A stretch of 64,000 nt of DNA, taken from the IMG/VR virus record IMGVR_UViG_3300021142_000016, one strand, 5' to 3'. This document shows, piece after piece, positions 25,777-36,355 of the stretch. The notes below the pieces were generated by a model. It searched no databases. It was not told where the DNA came from and saw only the letters and a list, made by a program, of their open reading frames with translations. The stretch's first letter is position 1. Each line of letters opens with the position of its first letter. Made by a program: the position numbers and the translations under genes. This DNA comes from an uncultured virus (IMG/VR IMGVR_UViG_3300021142_000016) (taxonomy: Duplodnaviria; Heunggongvirae; Uroviricota; Caudoviricetes).

Positions 25777-26034
25777 TTACTCCGCTGTCTCAGTAACTGT
25801 TACTTCTTGAACTGGAGTCTCTGCAAGTTCAAAAATAATAGTATTATTTTCATCATCATGAGTAATTTGAATACTAAACTTTGAATAATCTTGCAATAGA
25901 ACTGCTGTTGGAACTGAAATCTTTCCATCATTTTGAGCAATGATTGCTGCACAAATCTGCTCTAGGGTAATTTGAACCTGTGATAAATCTGGTGTTGCAG
26001 GTGAATCTGTTGCTACTACTGTCTCTTCTGTCAT
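25777..26034 (-). CDS. hypothetical acidic protein
   Basis: Strong AAGGAGGTGA Shine-Dalgarno; coupled to dnaE. Confidence 0.65.
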   Translation of the reverse strand: MTEETVVATDSPATPDLSQVQITLEQICAAIIAQNDGKISVPTAVLLQDYSKFSIQITHDDENNTIIFELAETPVQEVTVTETAE

Positions 26035-29000
26035 ACTGTCACCTCCTTAACGTATAGTGTTCCATCATCCATCTTTGAAATGGCTGGGTCGCAAACAGTT
26101 CCTGGTTTCATTTTACCAAGTGCTGTTGTATAAAATTTAGGGAAAGCAATTACACGCTCTAGATTTTTTTCTGAATCAGAAAGAATAATATGAGCCATCA
26201 TTTTGTTTTGCTTTGTCTTATAGTGGGTAAAATCAAGAACCAATCTTTTACCATCATCAATCTTTAATTTATCTTTGTACAACCAGTGTACAAATGGGTC
26301 ATCTAATTTTTCAACTACGCTATCAATTGTAACATATTTATGAATGCGATTGTCTCCTACAAGGAAAAAATACATGTTGCCAGTTTCAATTTGAGTGTTT
26401 TCTGCATGGAAAATACCTATTGATCCTGTATCATCTACAAGCTCAACACGGCTCCAGCCCTGCCCCTTCTTAATTGATTTAACCATTGCAAGAAGAACAA
26501 AGCAGCCTTGCTCCAAGAATTCCTCCAATGGGTTGACTTGAGCTTTAATCTTTGGGCTTAATTTTCCAGTATCAAACTTTGGAATACCTAAGTATTCATA
26601 AAGCTTTTCATTTTCATTACCACGTCTTGGGTTATCAGGGTAAGCAGCAGCACCAATCATATTAAGGGATTCTATGGCTCTAGCATTGATACCGCTGCCT
26701 TTTTCCTGGGCTTTATTCAGAAAATCTGTATAAGTTTTAAATGGACGTTGAGCAATAATTTTGCTACCGATATTGTCCGATATGTATTTAATATTAGATA
26801 AACCAAATCTTATTGAATTCCCTTGGATACTAAAATCAAGTGCTGATTCGTTAATATGTGGGAGCAATACTTTAATGCCCAACCGTTTAGCTTCCAGCAA
26901 ATAGTCTGTTCTTGCATCCTTATCTTTTTCATTCTTAAGAATGGCAAACATAAATTCAAGAGGATAATAATGTTTGAGCCAAGCAGTATAATAGCTAAGC
27001 ATAGAATATGCAATAGCGTGAGAACGGTTAAAAGAATAGCCAGCATGGGCTTCAAAATCATGCCAAAGTTTTTCTGCATCTTCCCTTGTGATGTGTTGAG
27101 AAGCACCCGTAACAAATTGCTCTCTATATTGATCAAATTCACTAGCGTCTTTCTTCTTTCCAATAATCTTTCTAACTTTATCTGCATCAGCCCATGACAT
27201 CCCGCCCAAATATACGCAAGCCTGCATAACTTGCTCTTGATAAATGATCACGCCATATGTACGCTCTGTAAACTCATGCATAATTGGATGGGCATATGTA
27301 ACCATCTCTTCACCCTTTTTACGGCGGATATAGGATCCTCCAACCGTATTCATGGCACCTGGACGAACCAAAGCATTGGATGCTGCAAGATCTTCAAATG
27401 TGCTAACACCCATCTTCATAAGAAGGTTCGTATATGGTGTTGCTTCTGCTTGAAACACACCCTTTGTAAAACCACTTGATAGCATTTCAAAAACTTTTGG
27501 ATCATCAAGCTTAATTGATTTAAGATTAATTTTTTCTTTCTTGATATGATCAATAGTTCTAATTGCATCATCAATAACCGATAAAGTTTTTAATCCCAAT
27601 ACATCCAGCTTAATCAAACCCAAATCTGCTGTTTGTTCCATATCGTAGGCAACAACTGGTATGCGACCAGAGATTGATTCGTTTGGGTCTTTTCGTGTTT
27701 CAATTGGGACGTACTTACTAATATCATCTTTAGCAACAACAACGCCTGCTGCATGCATACCATTGCCACGAATTCTTCCACGTAGCATTGAAGCGTATTT
27801 TGTAATCTCTGGATATTTTTGACGAAATTCTGCTGTTGAAGGACTTACTTCATATTCTTCAAATGTCTCTACACTTTTGAGTGCTTTATTAACTTCTCCC
27901 AGTGGGACAAGGAATGCACGTGCAACGTCACGAATAACACCTTTATCTTTAAAATAAGTATAAGTAGAGATAGATGCTACATGCTTAAATTTCTTTTTAA
28001 GATAATCTTTAACTTCACCACGACGACGATCCATAAAATCTGTATCAATATCTGGAAAGTCGTTACGCTCTGGATTAATAAATCTAAAGAACAATAAGTC
28101 AAATTTAATTGGGTCTACATCTGTAATACCCAACAAATAACATACTAACGACCCCGCTGCTGACCCACGTCCTGGTCCAACAAGAATTTCATTCTGTTTC
28201 GCCCAATTAACCATATCACTAACAACGAGAAAATAACTAGCAAAATTTTTATCTTTGATGACTTTAAGTTCTTCTTCAAGCCTTGATTTGTAAGCCTCAT
28301 TTTCTAACCCCATATCTACTAGAGACTTCTCACACATTTCCTGCAATGTTTTTAATGCGTTCTTTTTAGGAACTGGTAACAAGTCAAGGTTTTCGTGAAA
28401 ATCATATGCCTCAACTTTATTAGATATTTCTATTGATGACTCGTAGATGTCTTTTCTAGTGATTCCCGCTTTTTCAAAGTCCATGCGAATCTCATCATAG
28501 GATTGAATATAAACGTTAATGTCAGCGAAACTGATAGGGCGGTTGGGATAAATATAATCAAAGCGATCAATAATACTACTGAATTTGCGACTGCTTGCAT
28601 AATCTGCTTCTTTGTTTTCTGATGGCTTTGTTGAGAGGATGAGGAGTAGTTCTTCCAGATCCCTCTCCTCTTTCTTTGCAAAATGACAGTCTCCTGTAGC
28701 AACTGGCTTCACCCCAAATTTATCCGCCAAGTTCAGCAGATTATTGTTTAAATCTGAAGGATTATGAGCCTGTACTTCTATATAGAAATCATTTCCAAAT
28801 TGTTGTTGAAATTCATTAACAAGTTCTTCAGCTTTTTCATGTTCGCCACGTTCAATAGCTTTTGAAATAAGACCATTCATACATCCAGATACTACAATTA
28901 TACCTTCTTTATTCTCAAACAATACTTCCATGTCAATTCGTGGCTTATGGTAATAACCTTCAGTCCACGCAATCTGTGAAAGTTTTTGCAGATTTTTTAA

Positions 29001-29306
29001 TCCTGTATCATTTTTTGCAAGAAGAATAATGTGGTTGTATAAAGAGGTGTTATCTTCACGCTTAGATACGGCACGCTTATCAAATCTATCAGTTGCAGAA
29101 ATATACGCTTCAAGTCCTAAAATTGGTTTTAAACCTAATTCTTTTGCAGCAATCTGCATATCTCTATGAGATGACAGCGTACCGTGATCTGTAATAGCCA
29201 ATGCCGTTTGCCCAGCCTTTTTTGCAGCCTCAAGTAATTCATAAGGTGTGTTTAATCCATCCATTAGTGAATAGTGACTATGGACGTGAAGGTGGGTAAA
29301 CTTCAT
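26031..29306 (-). CDS. dnaE: DNA polymerase III alpha subunit
   Basis: PHP HLHVHSHYSLMDG, AITDHG, GPGRGSAAGSLV, PDIDTDF, HAAG, KLDVLGL, YSFNRSHA. Confidence 0.97.
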   Translation of the reverse strand: MKFTHLHVHSHYSLMDGLNTPYELLEAAKKAGQTALAITDHGTLSSHRDMQIAAKELGLKPILGLEAYISATDRFDKRAVSKREDNTSLYNHIILLAKNDTGLKNLQKLSQIAWTEGYYHKPRIDMEVLFENKEGIIVVSGCMNGLISKAIERGEHEKAEELVNEFQQQFGNDFYIEVQAHNPSDLNNNLLNLADKFGVKPVATGDCHFAKKEERDLEELLLILSTKPSENKEADYASSRKFSSIIDRFDYIYPNRPISFADINVYIQSYDEIRMDFEKAGITRKDIYESSIEISNKVEAYDFHENLDLLPVPKKNALKTLQEMCEKSLVDMGLENEAYKSRLEEELKVIKDKNFASYFLVVSDMVNWAKQNEILVGPGRGSAAGSLVCYLLGITDVDPIKFDLLFFRFINPERNDFPDIDTDFMDRRRGEVKDYLKKKFKHVASISTYTYFKDKGVIRDVARAFLVPLGEVNKALKSVETFEEYEVSPSTAEFRQKYPEITKYASMLRGRIRGNGMHAAGVVVAKDDISKYVPIETRKDPNESISGRIPVVAYDMEQTADLGLIKLDVLGLKTLSVIDDAIRTIDHIKKEKINLKSIKLDDPKVFEMLSSGFTKGVFQAEATPYTNLLMKMGVSTFEDLAASNALVRPGAMNTVGGSYIRRKKGEEMVTYAHPIMHEFTERTYGVIIYQEQVMQACVYLGGMSWADADKVRKIIGKKKDASEFDQYREQFVTGASQHITREDAEKLWHDFEAHAGYSFNRSHAIAYSMLSYYTAWLKHYYPLEFMFAILKNEKDKDARTDYLLEAKRLGIKVLLPHINESALDFSIQGNSIRFGLSNIKYISDNIGSKIIAQRPFKTYTDFLNKAQEKGSGINARAIESLNMIGAAAYPDNPRRGNENEKLYEYLGIPKFDTGKLSPKIKAQVNPLEEFLEQGCFVLLAMVKSIKKGQGWSRVELVDDTGSIGIFHAENTQIETGNMYFFLVGDNRIHKYVTIDSVVEKLDDPFVHWLYKDKLKIDDGKRLVLDFTHYKTKQNKMMAHIILSDSEKNLERVIAFPKFYTTALGKMKPGTVCDPAISKMDDGTLYVKEVTV

Positions 29307-29317
29307 TATTTTTTATT

Positions 29318-29998
29318 TTACCATTCTACTGCAGAAGAAGTTGATGAAGCTGGTTCATCTCCAGAATCGGACGTAATACCAAGATAAAATGCTTCTTGCT
29401 CATTGTAAGGTACATCACGAACTGCAGACTTTTCAAGATCAAACAATTCGTACTTATCCAAATCAATTGAAGCAACATCAGCAGTTGGCAGAGGAATAAT
29501 TGAATAGTTTGTATCTGTTGCAGTACCCGTGCGCTTTAGCTTCCAAGTAAGGTTAGAGATACTACCTGTTTCTCCTGCGTAGTTAATAATTTCAGGTGTT
29601 GCAGACTTTGGTCCAGCACCCTGCGAAAAGATTGCAACATATGGATCTTCTTGACCATCGTCAACAAGAACGTTTGCATAAAAGCGTGAGCGACCCTTCC
29701 AACCAGCCTTTGGGTCACGACGATGTTGTTCACATCCGAAGCAACGACCTTGGTCTTCAATTGTACAAAGTGCCTTGCGCTTATAATCTTTTGGATTTGT
29801 ATGTTCAACTGCAATAAATGCTAGTCCAGCCTTTTCAATATAATTCTTTGAGTCTGCATCTAGCTCTTGCATGAAACGAATTTTTACTGATTGACCATCT
29901 TTAACTGATAGCCATCTTCCCTTTTGCGAGTCACCCGTGTGTGATGACTTTGTTTCCATTTGCTGGTTAAGTGCACTGAGGCCTTTAACGATTCCCAT
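29318..29998 (-). CDS. gp32-like single-stranded DNA-binding protein
   Basis: Zn ligands H...C......C..C, KRTG..TDTNY, acidic tail ending in W; lies between primase and dnaE. Confidence 0.8.
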   Translation of the reverse strand: MGIVKGLSALNQQMETKSSHTGDSQKGRWLSVKDGQSVKIRFMQELDADSKNYIEKAGLAFIAVEHTNPKDYKRKALCTIEDQGRCFGCEQHRRDPKAGWKGRSRFYANVLVDDGQEDPYVAIFSQGAGPKSATPEIINYAGETGSISNLTWKLKRTGTATDTNYSIIPLPTADVASIDLDKYELFDLEKSAVRDVPYNEQEAFYLGITSDSGDEPASSTSSAVEW

Positions 29999-30050
29999 AG
30001 TATATCTCCTTGTGTAAGTGGGCTATATTATGCCCTTTTCATTTATTATA

Positions 30051-31016
30051 TCATATATTAGCGTACTCAAAGTGCGGAATTGCATTTTTTATACACTGTT
30101 TTATTTCTTGATCTGTGAGATCACCCACATCTTTTGCTGAATGTGGATAAATAGTATTATAATCATACTTAGCCCACAATATATTTTTATTCTTTAATTT
30201 AGTAGCGATTGTATTACCAAGCGATCTGCCTGCTGCATCATTATCAGTCATTAATATAATTGTTGATGCATATCTATTTAAGTTCTGAATGTTAATATCT
30301 GATATGCTTCCACCTAATGTGGCTACAGCATTTGGAAATCCCGCCTGCCATAAACGAATAGCATCAAAACTAGACTCTACGACTATAATAGTTCCACCTT
30401 GTCGCTTTGCTCTATGTAGATTAAACATGGTCTTATTGCGTGGCAGATTAGGGCTATTCTTAAAAGATTTGCCTTCTATTGATCTACCAATTACTCCAAC
30501 CAATATACCATCAGGTGAATGCAATGGCACTGTTACCATTTTTTGCTCAGCAGAATATCCTAATCCAAAATGTTCTTGTGCATCCTTATAAATCTTTCGC
30601 ATTTCAAAGTAGGCTTGAGATGCATTGATATCATGCACTACAAGATTTTCGTGCAACTTATTTTGAACAGATTGTGGGAATTCTACAAATTCTGGCTTAT
30701 CATCTAAAAGTTCTTTTAGCTCTTCTTCTAGCATTTCTGCTTGAGATAGCTTGCTTGCAGATATAAACCTAAGTGCTTCAAAATCATTGCGATTTGTTAA
30801 TAATTTTACTAAGTCTAAAATAGTTCCAGAAGAGTTACAATTTTGGTTATAGCAAATATAAAGACCTTTTGAATAACTAACAGCAAATGCTGGCGAGTCT
30901 GTATTGTGATGAAATGGACATAAGCAAAGAAAATCTGAGCCAGTTTGAGAAATTATTTCAATGCCACAGGATTGCAAAATAGAGCGGAGATCCGCTTTAG
31001 TGTATGCATCTAACAT
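30051..31016 (-). CDS. dnaG: DNA primase (CHC2 zinc finger plus TOPRIM)
   Basis: CPFHHNTDSPAF, VVES.FD, ATLG, DNDAAG, KDVGD. Confidence 0.93.
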   Translation of the reverse strand: MLDAYTKADLRSILQSCGIEIISQTGSDFLCLCPFHHNTDSPAFAVSYSKGLYICYNQNCNSSGTILDLVKLLTNRNDFEALRFISASKLSQAEMLEEELKELLDDKPEFVEFPQSVQNKLHENLVVHDINASQAYFEMRKIYKDAQEHFGLGYSAEQKMVTVPLHSPDGILVGVIGRSIEGKSFKNSPNLPRNKTMFNLHRAKRQGGTIIVVESSFDAIRLWQAGFPNAVATLGGSISDINIQNLNRYASTIILMTDNDAAGRSLGNTIATKLKNKNILWAKYDYNTIYPHSAKDVGDLTDQEIKQCIKNAIPHFEYANI

Positions 31017-31039
31017 TTTTATCCTTTTTTAAATATTTT

Positions 31040-31564
31040 TTAAATGTACCTAGCATCGTATCCAATTTTAGAAATCATATGGCTTGCTTCTTCCCATGTT
31101 TCTGAATTTTCTGTTACAAAATGTCCTTCAACAATACGGTTATACATGTTAAATGCAGCACATACCAATATTGCGTCATGAAGTTCTTCTTCTGTAAATC
31201 CCGCCTTAATAACATTATCATACTGCCAACTTTGTAGGCCCGATGGATTAAGTGTTAGTGTTTTTAAATAATTAAAAATTGTTGCCATTCGGTGGTTTTC
31301 ATAATCACCAGATGTTACACGTTTAATTTCTTCTTGACCTGCTCCTTGCTCAATAGCAAAAACAATATGTGAACCTGTACAAAACTTACATTTATTAAGT
31401 GATGATGTAAATGCTGCAATAAGCTCTCTGTCCGAAGAACTTAACGCTGAAGACTCACGAAGAACTTCTTGTGCTACTGAAAAAATTGCCTTTGCTTTTG
31501 CGCTATCATTTGAAAATTGAAAAACGTCTCTAATTCCTTTTAGAGGTTTTTGTGGTGTAAACAT
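31040..31564 (-). CDS. AhpD/carboxymuconolactone-decarboxylase-family peroxidase
   Basis: LS..DRELIA...S.LNKCKFC..SH; AGFTEEEL...A.FN.YNR. Confidence 0.85.
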   Translation of the reverse strand: MFTPQKPLKGIRDVFQFSNDSAKAKAIFSVAQEVLRESSALSSSDRELIAAFTSSLNKCKFCTGSHIVFAIEQGAGQEEIKRVTSGDYENHRMATIFNYLKTLTLNPSGLQSWQYDNVIKAGFTEEELHDAILVCAAFNMYNRIVEGHFVTENSETWEEASHMISKIGYDARYI

Positions 31565-31571
31565 TTTTTCC

Positions 31572-31862
31572 TTATCTGCTAGGTATTAAACTTTGACCAG
31601 AAAACCCTTCGTACTTTAATGCTTTTGATTTACCTAAGTAAATTCCATACATTACAAGATTAAAAGTGTAGTGATCTTTCTCTTCATTATATTTTACATT
31701 AAACTGTGGCTGCATGTCAAGAACAGGAACATAACCTTTGTCCCGCATCTGCTGGACCAAAAGCCTTTCATAATTTTCTCTTGAACTCTGAAATTTAGAA
31801 TCATCTTTAATGGTTCCGCTTATCCAAAAATCATGTATTTTCCGTGGGTACATATCTGCCAA
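31572..31862 (-). CDS. conserved hypothetical phage protein
   Basis: MRDKGYVPVLD; preceded by TGATATAAT and a Shine-Dalgarno. Confidence 0.65.
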   Translation of the reverse strand: MADMYPRKIHDFWISGTIKDDSKFQSSRENYERLLVQQMRDKGYVPVLDMQPQFNVKYNEEKDHYTFNLVMYGIYLGKSKALKYEGFSGQSLIPSR

Positions 31863-31906
31863 TCTCTCCTTGACAATTATATCAAGTTAAAGATTGATTA
31901 CATAAA

Positions 31907-33133
31907 CTAAGCTATGCCTTTATCGTACAACTCAGTTAATACACCTCTATTAAGATCCCAATCAAGATAGAATCCGAACTCCGTACCGTGACGATTTTTT
32001 CTGCTTACAATCTCCATCACATTTGAATCTGGGCTCTTATGAACTGCAATAGCCATATCAGCATCATATTCAATTGCTTTTGACCAAGCAACCTGAGACA
32101 ACAAAGGTGGGGCATCTTGATCAGAAACATCATCCATTGTTGCAGCAGTAATATCAATGATTGGAATATTATTTCTTACTGCAAGCAATTTAAAGTCACG
32201 AGAAATATTACGGTTACGTTCTACTTCTGATTTAGCTCCTGATGAATCATTAAATAGTTGATGATAATCAAGGATTACAAGGTCGGGCTTATGTTGATCA
32301 ATTTTTGCTTGTACTGTGTTTGGTGTGACTTGACCTGTTCCTTCATTTGAAACAAGAATAAATTGATTCTTGTTAGCAAACTTTTTTGAACCCCAGTCAT
32401 CAAATACATCTATGTCAACATTACCTCTTGAAAAATCTGAAGCTTTAAACAAGCCTGAACCCATCATTGTATAGATACGGTCACGCATATTTTCTGGAGT
32501 CATCTCAAGGGATATGATCATAGGCTTAAAGCCCTGTTCCCACGCTTTACAAGCCAAATAAGAGGAGAACCATGTCTTACCCCTACCTGGCCAACCAATC
32601 ATAACAATAAGGTGTCCTGGAGCCATTCCTGTGGGATAAGCATAGTCAATAGCTTTAAAACCAGTAGTAATTCCTGGGGCACCGCCCATTGCATCAGAAC
32701 GATTCTTAACTGCTTCAAAGTGCTTTTCTGCTAACTTAAAGTCTGTTAAATCAACATCTCTAACTGCGGATGTAAGTTTTCCTAAGGAGTTCAACTCGGA
32801 TTGCATTTGCAAGATAACACGAGAAGATGCTTCTGTTTTTAAACTGGCTCCAGAGGTCAGTAAAAGGTTGCGTAGTTTACTTGCAAGATATTCGTTCTTA
32901 AGTTGATCAAGATAGTATGCAGTTTCACCTTTTGTAGATGTTGGTTCAAAATCTTTAAACTTTTCAATAAGAACTGAAACATCTGGCACTGCTTTAAACT
33001 TTAAATAATAAGACTTTAAGCCTTCCCACACATCCCTGTGAGATGTAAAAACTTCATCAATATTTTCAGCAAGTACCGTTGCAATATCTTTATTGTTACA
33101 AACTGCTGTAATGACGGCGGACTCAGTGTTCAT
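31907..33133 (-). CDS. dnaB: DnaB-like replicative helicase
   Basis: GWPGRGKT, ISLEM, ILDY, IEYDAD, KNRHG. Confidence 0.95.
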   Translation of the reverse strand: MNTESAVITAVCNNKDIATVLAENIDEVFTSHRDVWEGLKSYYLKFKAVPDVSVLIEKFKDFEPTSTKGETAYYLDQLKNEYLASKLRNLLLTSGASLKTEASSRVILQMQSELNSLGKLTSAVRDVDLTDFKLAEKHFEAVKNRSDAMGGAPGITTGFKAIDYAYPTGMAPGHLIVMIGWPGRGKTWFSSYLACKAWEQGFKPMIISLEMTPENMRDRIYTMMGSGLFKASDFSRGNVDIDVFDDWGSKKFANKNQFILVSNEGTGQVTPNTVQAKIDQHKPDLVILDYHQLFNDSSGAKSEVERNRNISRDFKLLAVRNNIPIIDITAATMDDVSDQDAPPLLSQVAWSKAIEYDADMAIAVHKSPDSNVMEIVSRKNRHGTEFGFYLDWDLNRGVLTELYDKGIA

Positions 33134-33455
33134 TGTCCCTTTCTTGAACCATAGACTTGGTTTTATTTCTTATTAATTCCCGACGAGATTTATCTTCTTC
33201 TGCTTGCTGTAATGTTAAATCTAATTTTTCAAAATTATAAAAAAACCATTGCAGTGGATGACCAGACTTAGTGATCTTAAAATAATACTCTAAGAGTACT
33301 TTAGCCCTGTCGTAGCCAACGCTGTCAATTACATCTTGCATTGCCCATTTTTCACGGTATTTGTTTACAACTGGTGTTTTTTTATAAGTTTCTTTAAATA
33401 AAACACAATAAAGAGAAACTAGACCGTAGGCCAGCTTTGCTTCATCTTTTGTCAT
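33123..33455 (-). CDS. hypothetical protein (possible helicase loader)
   Basis: Helical ORF directly upstream of dnaB; function inferred from position only. Confidence 0.55.
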   Translation of the reverse strand: MTKDEAKLAYGLVSLYCVLFKETYKKTPVVNKYREKWAMQDVIDSVGYDRAKVLLEYYFKITKSGHPLQWFFYNFEKLDLTLQQAEEDKSRRELIRNKTKSMVQERDNEH

Positions 33456-33670
33456 TTTTTACCTTTGTTAGACTTTAACTCTTCTTCAATTTCGTTAACT
33501 TTTTCCATTAACTTATGCTCTACAAAATTATACACTCTATTTGTGGCTTCGTCAATATTTTCACCATCTCTTTGAAAATCTTCAATACCAATATTTATTT
33601 TAATACTCTCAAAGTTTCCTAGGTTACGAGTAAAAGATAATTCAACCTTAACGTTAGTCTTCGTCGTCAT
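33452..33670 (-). CDS. hypothetical protein
   Basis: FTRNLGNFESIKI motif common in small phage proteins. Confidence 0.65.
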   Translation of the reverse strand: MTTKTNVKVELSFTRNLGNFESIKINIGIEDFQRDGENIDEATNRVYNFVEHKLMEKVNEIEEELKSNKGKK

Positions 33671-33884
33671 CTTTCTTTTCTTCCCTTTCAATTAGTGCAA
33701 AGCCTGGCTTAAACTTTTTAATATTGCCTTCTGATAGGTGTTGATAAAGCATCATCAGTCTATCCGAGATACCAATCATAGCATCAATATCGCCCTTTTC
33801 CTGTGCTAACTCCATTGTGAATTCTAACACTTTTAGTGCTTGATGCAATACGTGTTTAGCATCTTTATCAGACTTATTTACCAT
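33654..33884 (-). CDS. hypothetical protein
   Basis: ORF overlapping its neighbours. Confidence 0.6.
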   Translation of the reverse strand: MVNKSDKDAKHVLHQALKVLEFTMELAQEKGDIDAMIGISDRLMMLYQHLSEGNIKKFKPGFALIEREEKKDDDED

Positions 33885-34393
33885 TCAGGTTGTTTCCAAA
33901 CTGGGACAAATTCCCCGTCGTTATTTTTAATATACAAAATGTTTTCTTGATTAATCATGGCTTCCAGTTCCGCTCTACTTGGCATATCTCCTGGAGTAAT
34001 CATACCATCTTTTCGTGGTCTACCTCTATGAACTGTCTTAAAAAAATCGTGCATGTGACGAACATCATCTTCACTCCAGTAATATTTTCCTGGAGTTTTA
34101 TTTCCATTTAAAGAATAACTTTGTTGCGGAAATTTAAGGTTGCCTCTATAAAGGTGCCATTTTATAGTATCTTCGTGTTTTCCTATAAGTTTGACAACTT
34201 CTGATATTGGATAAGCGTGTTGTTTATTTTTATTAACATCTGTTAAATTATAAGCAACACGCTTTTCCTCTAGATAATTCCATGCGACAAGAAGATTTTC
34301 AGCTCTTGAGCGACGCAAAACTTTATGCAGTAAACCGTTTAGATAGAAATACCGTAAGCGTGTTGTAGTGTTTCCTCTAGCTTTGCCACCCAT
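33878..34393 (-). CDS. MerR-like HTH DNA-binding protein
   Basis: YPISEVVKLIGKHEDTIK...YWSEDDV, plus an RGRPRK AT-hook-like motif. Confidence 0.65.
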   Translation of the reverse strand: MGGKARGNTTTRLRYFYLNGLLHKVLRRSRAENLLVAWNYLEEKRVAYNLTDVNKNKQHAYPISEVVKLIGKHEDTIKWHLYRGNLKFPQQSYSLNGNKTPGKYYWSEDDVRHMHDFFKTVHRGRPRKDGMITPGDMPSRAELEAMINQENILYIKNNDGEFVPVWKQPEW

Positions 34394-34524
34394 GCTGCGA
34401 ACCTATTGTCTTTCTTAATCATCCATCTTTTTCCGCACATAACGCAAAAGAGTTCTACTCTTAAATTTTGAGCATATATCCGATCAACGAATACTCTTCC
34501 TTTGCATTTTTTACAATTAAGCAT
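34339..34524 (-). CDS. small zinc-ribbon protein
   Basis: CKKC...CVMCG. Confidence 0.7.
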   Translation of the reverse strand: MLNCKKCKGRVFVDRIYAQNLRVELFCVMCGKRWMIKKDNRFAAWVAKLEETLQHAYGISI

Positions 34525-34545
34525 TATTAAGTTTTATCTTGCCTG

Positions 34546-34866
34546 CTACTTAGTAGTTGCTGAAGTGGTTGTTGCGTCAACAGCAGCCTTTGCTACCGCC
34601 TTTTGTGCATCTGCAACTGCAGTTGTAGCTACAGATGTCAGTGCTGCAGTTGTTACTGCATCAAGATGCTCCTTCTTTGCAAGATCATTTACAACACCCT
34701 TAGGGTTGAACTTTGCAAAAAGTGGACCTACTGTACCAATCAAAGCTGACCAAGCTACGTGCTTGATGCTGTGATTTCCAGTTTGCCAGATAGCCACTGC
34801 AGAAGCTGCAGTTGCATATACATAGTGCTCAACAAGAGCACGTTCTGATTGTGTGAACTTAGCCAC
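34546..34866 (-). CDS. holin-like small membrane protein
   Basis: Two Ala-rich hydrophobic segments and a GP....NP motif. Confidence 0.45.
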   Translation of the reverse strand: MAKFTQSERALVEHYVYATAASAVAIWQTGNHSIKHVAWSALIGTVGPLFAKFNPKGVVNDLAKKEHLDAVTTAALTSVATTAVADAQKAVAKAAVDATTTSATTK

Positions 34867-34881
34867 GTTTTCTCCTTTATG

Positions 34882-35643
34882 TTATGCGGTAAAAATTTTA
34901 CCGTCTACGACACAGGTATAATCCCGTGTTATTTGAATTAGCTGCATATGTGGATAATCATTAACAACGTGTGCCACTGCAAATCCTGCCTGCCAATTCT
35001 TTTGGATGGAATAATCCATCTTATCCTCGTCGCAAAGATGCCCAATCTCATATCCACGAAGCTCTTGCCCCGTAATATTGTATGTTTGATAATAGGCACC
35101 CATGCGGTGAGAATGTCCACGCACTAGGGAAACACCCCAGTTGTTGACATCATTACGCACAGATTCTCCAGAGTGCTTTGAAATGGACTCGCCGTGGTGA
35201 CCATACATATCCCCAAAACGCTTAACAGGTGGCTGATCATATTCATGCCAGTTAATGCCATGCTTTTTATATTCATAGAGTGAATCTGGTGTAATGAATT
35301 CTAGAAATGCTGGAGCTTTCTTTGCTAGGTAATCACCATGTCTTGTCCAGCCATGATTACCGTCATGGAAATGAATATCAGCTTCCGACCCAGCAACAGT
35401 ACGAACTTCTGCAAGAAAATCTCTTGTACCCGTAACGCCACCATCTCCCAGCGGGATTGTAAATTCTGCAGGATAATCTGCAGCCCATCGTGAAGTTGAA
35501 TCAGCATCATCAATATCGCCTAGCAGGTCTACTGCATCTGGCTTGAACCATTTCATAACATTCATAAATAGTTCTACTTTACGTGGATCATGGCGAGGGA
35601 AGTGGATATCCGAAACCATCATCCATTTGATGTCATTAGTCAT
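34882..35643 (-). CDS. calcineurin-like metallophosphoesterase
   Basis: SDIH, GDIDD, GNH, HHG, GHSH. Confidence 0.9.
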   Translation of the reverse strand: MTNDIKWMMVSDIHFPRHDPRKVELFMNVMKWFKPDAVDLLGDIDDADSTSRWAADYPAEFTIPLGDGGVTGTRDFLAEVRTVAGSEADIHFHDGNHGWTRHGDYLAKKAPAFLEFITPDSLYEYKKHGINWHEYDQPPVKRFGDMYGHHGESISKHSGESVRNDVNNWGVSLVRGHSHRMGAYYQTYNITGQELRGYEIGHLCDEDKMDYSIQKNWQAGFAVAHVVNDYPHMQLIQITRDYTCVVDGKIFTA

Positions 35644-35668
35644 ATAATCCTTTGTTTAGGTTTAATTA

Positions 35669-35698
35669 AGTGTAGCGTATTGTGTTGTATTTTGTCAA
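35669..35698 (-). promoter_or_regulatory. sigma70/SigA-type promoter at the tail-to-replication boundary
   Basis: TTGACA-N18-TACACT. Confidence 0.6.
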
Positions 35699-35979
35699 GC
35701 AGCGTGTGCTTTATTATGCTCAATTCTTGAACACAAGAAAAGATTAATTAATTTATTATCTATTTTTACTTCGTTTATGTGGTGGACGGTTTCCCAGTCC
35801 TGAAGAACTCTGTCAATTTCTTTTTCAATTATAAGGCGGTGTTCATAATACCAGCCTTTAAAACTTTTTGGATGTTCTGGAACTTTAATTAGAACATAGC
35901 CTTCTTTGCCGATCTTCCTATCTCTCTTTGTCCAAGATTTGATAGGAATATACATGTTATAGTTTTTCTCCTTCGTCAT
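35695..35979 (-). CDS. HNH endonuclease
   Basis: EHRL...E.VHHIN..K.DN...NL......H...H. Confidence 0.88.
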   Translation of the reverse strand: MTKEKNYNMYIPIKSWTKRDRKIGKEGYVLIKVPEHPKSFKGWYYEHRLIIEKEIDRVLQDWETVHHINEVKIDNKLINLFLCSRIEHNKAHAA

Positions 35980-36355
35980 GGACTAAAATTTCTTTTTGTC
36001 CAATCTTAATGATTTTACTATCAAGCCATTCTAACGCATCTGGATCTGTAATATGTCTGCGTTTTGAATCGCTTATTAAGTATATTTTACCATCAGAGAT
36101 ATCTTGCACCAAACTTCCATCACGAAATCCCAAAGTTCCCGCCGTAATAAAACCAGTTATTACAGATTCTTTTGTTGTAACAATTGGAAGTTTCCATGAC
36201 AACATTGCTCTATCAGAAACAAATTTAAATTTCTTTTTACCTTTAATGTAAAAATAACCTTTTTCTGTATGAGCAATTAACCCACTAGGTACTAGCGGGT
36301 TATGATTGTGCGGTTGCTTGGGTTGTGATTTCTGAAAGACTTTGAGAATATTCAT
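35957..36355 (-). CDS. hypothetical protein with an internal duplication
   Basis: Two G.L.......Y.I...K+.. repeats. Confidence 0.6.
   Translation of the reverse strand: MNILKVFQKSQPKQPHNHNPLVPSGLIAHTEKGYFYIKGKKKFKFVSDRAMLSWKLPIVTTKESVITGFITAGTLGFRDGSLVQDISDGKIYLISDSKRRHITDPDALEWLDSKIIKIGQKEILVHDEGEKL

Noticed and set aside
17174..33133. Inteins or introns in terL, recA, dnaE or dnaB
   Set aside because: Lengths are ordinary, the motifs are contiguous, and no splice-junction motifs were seen.
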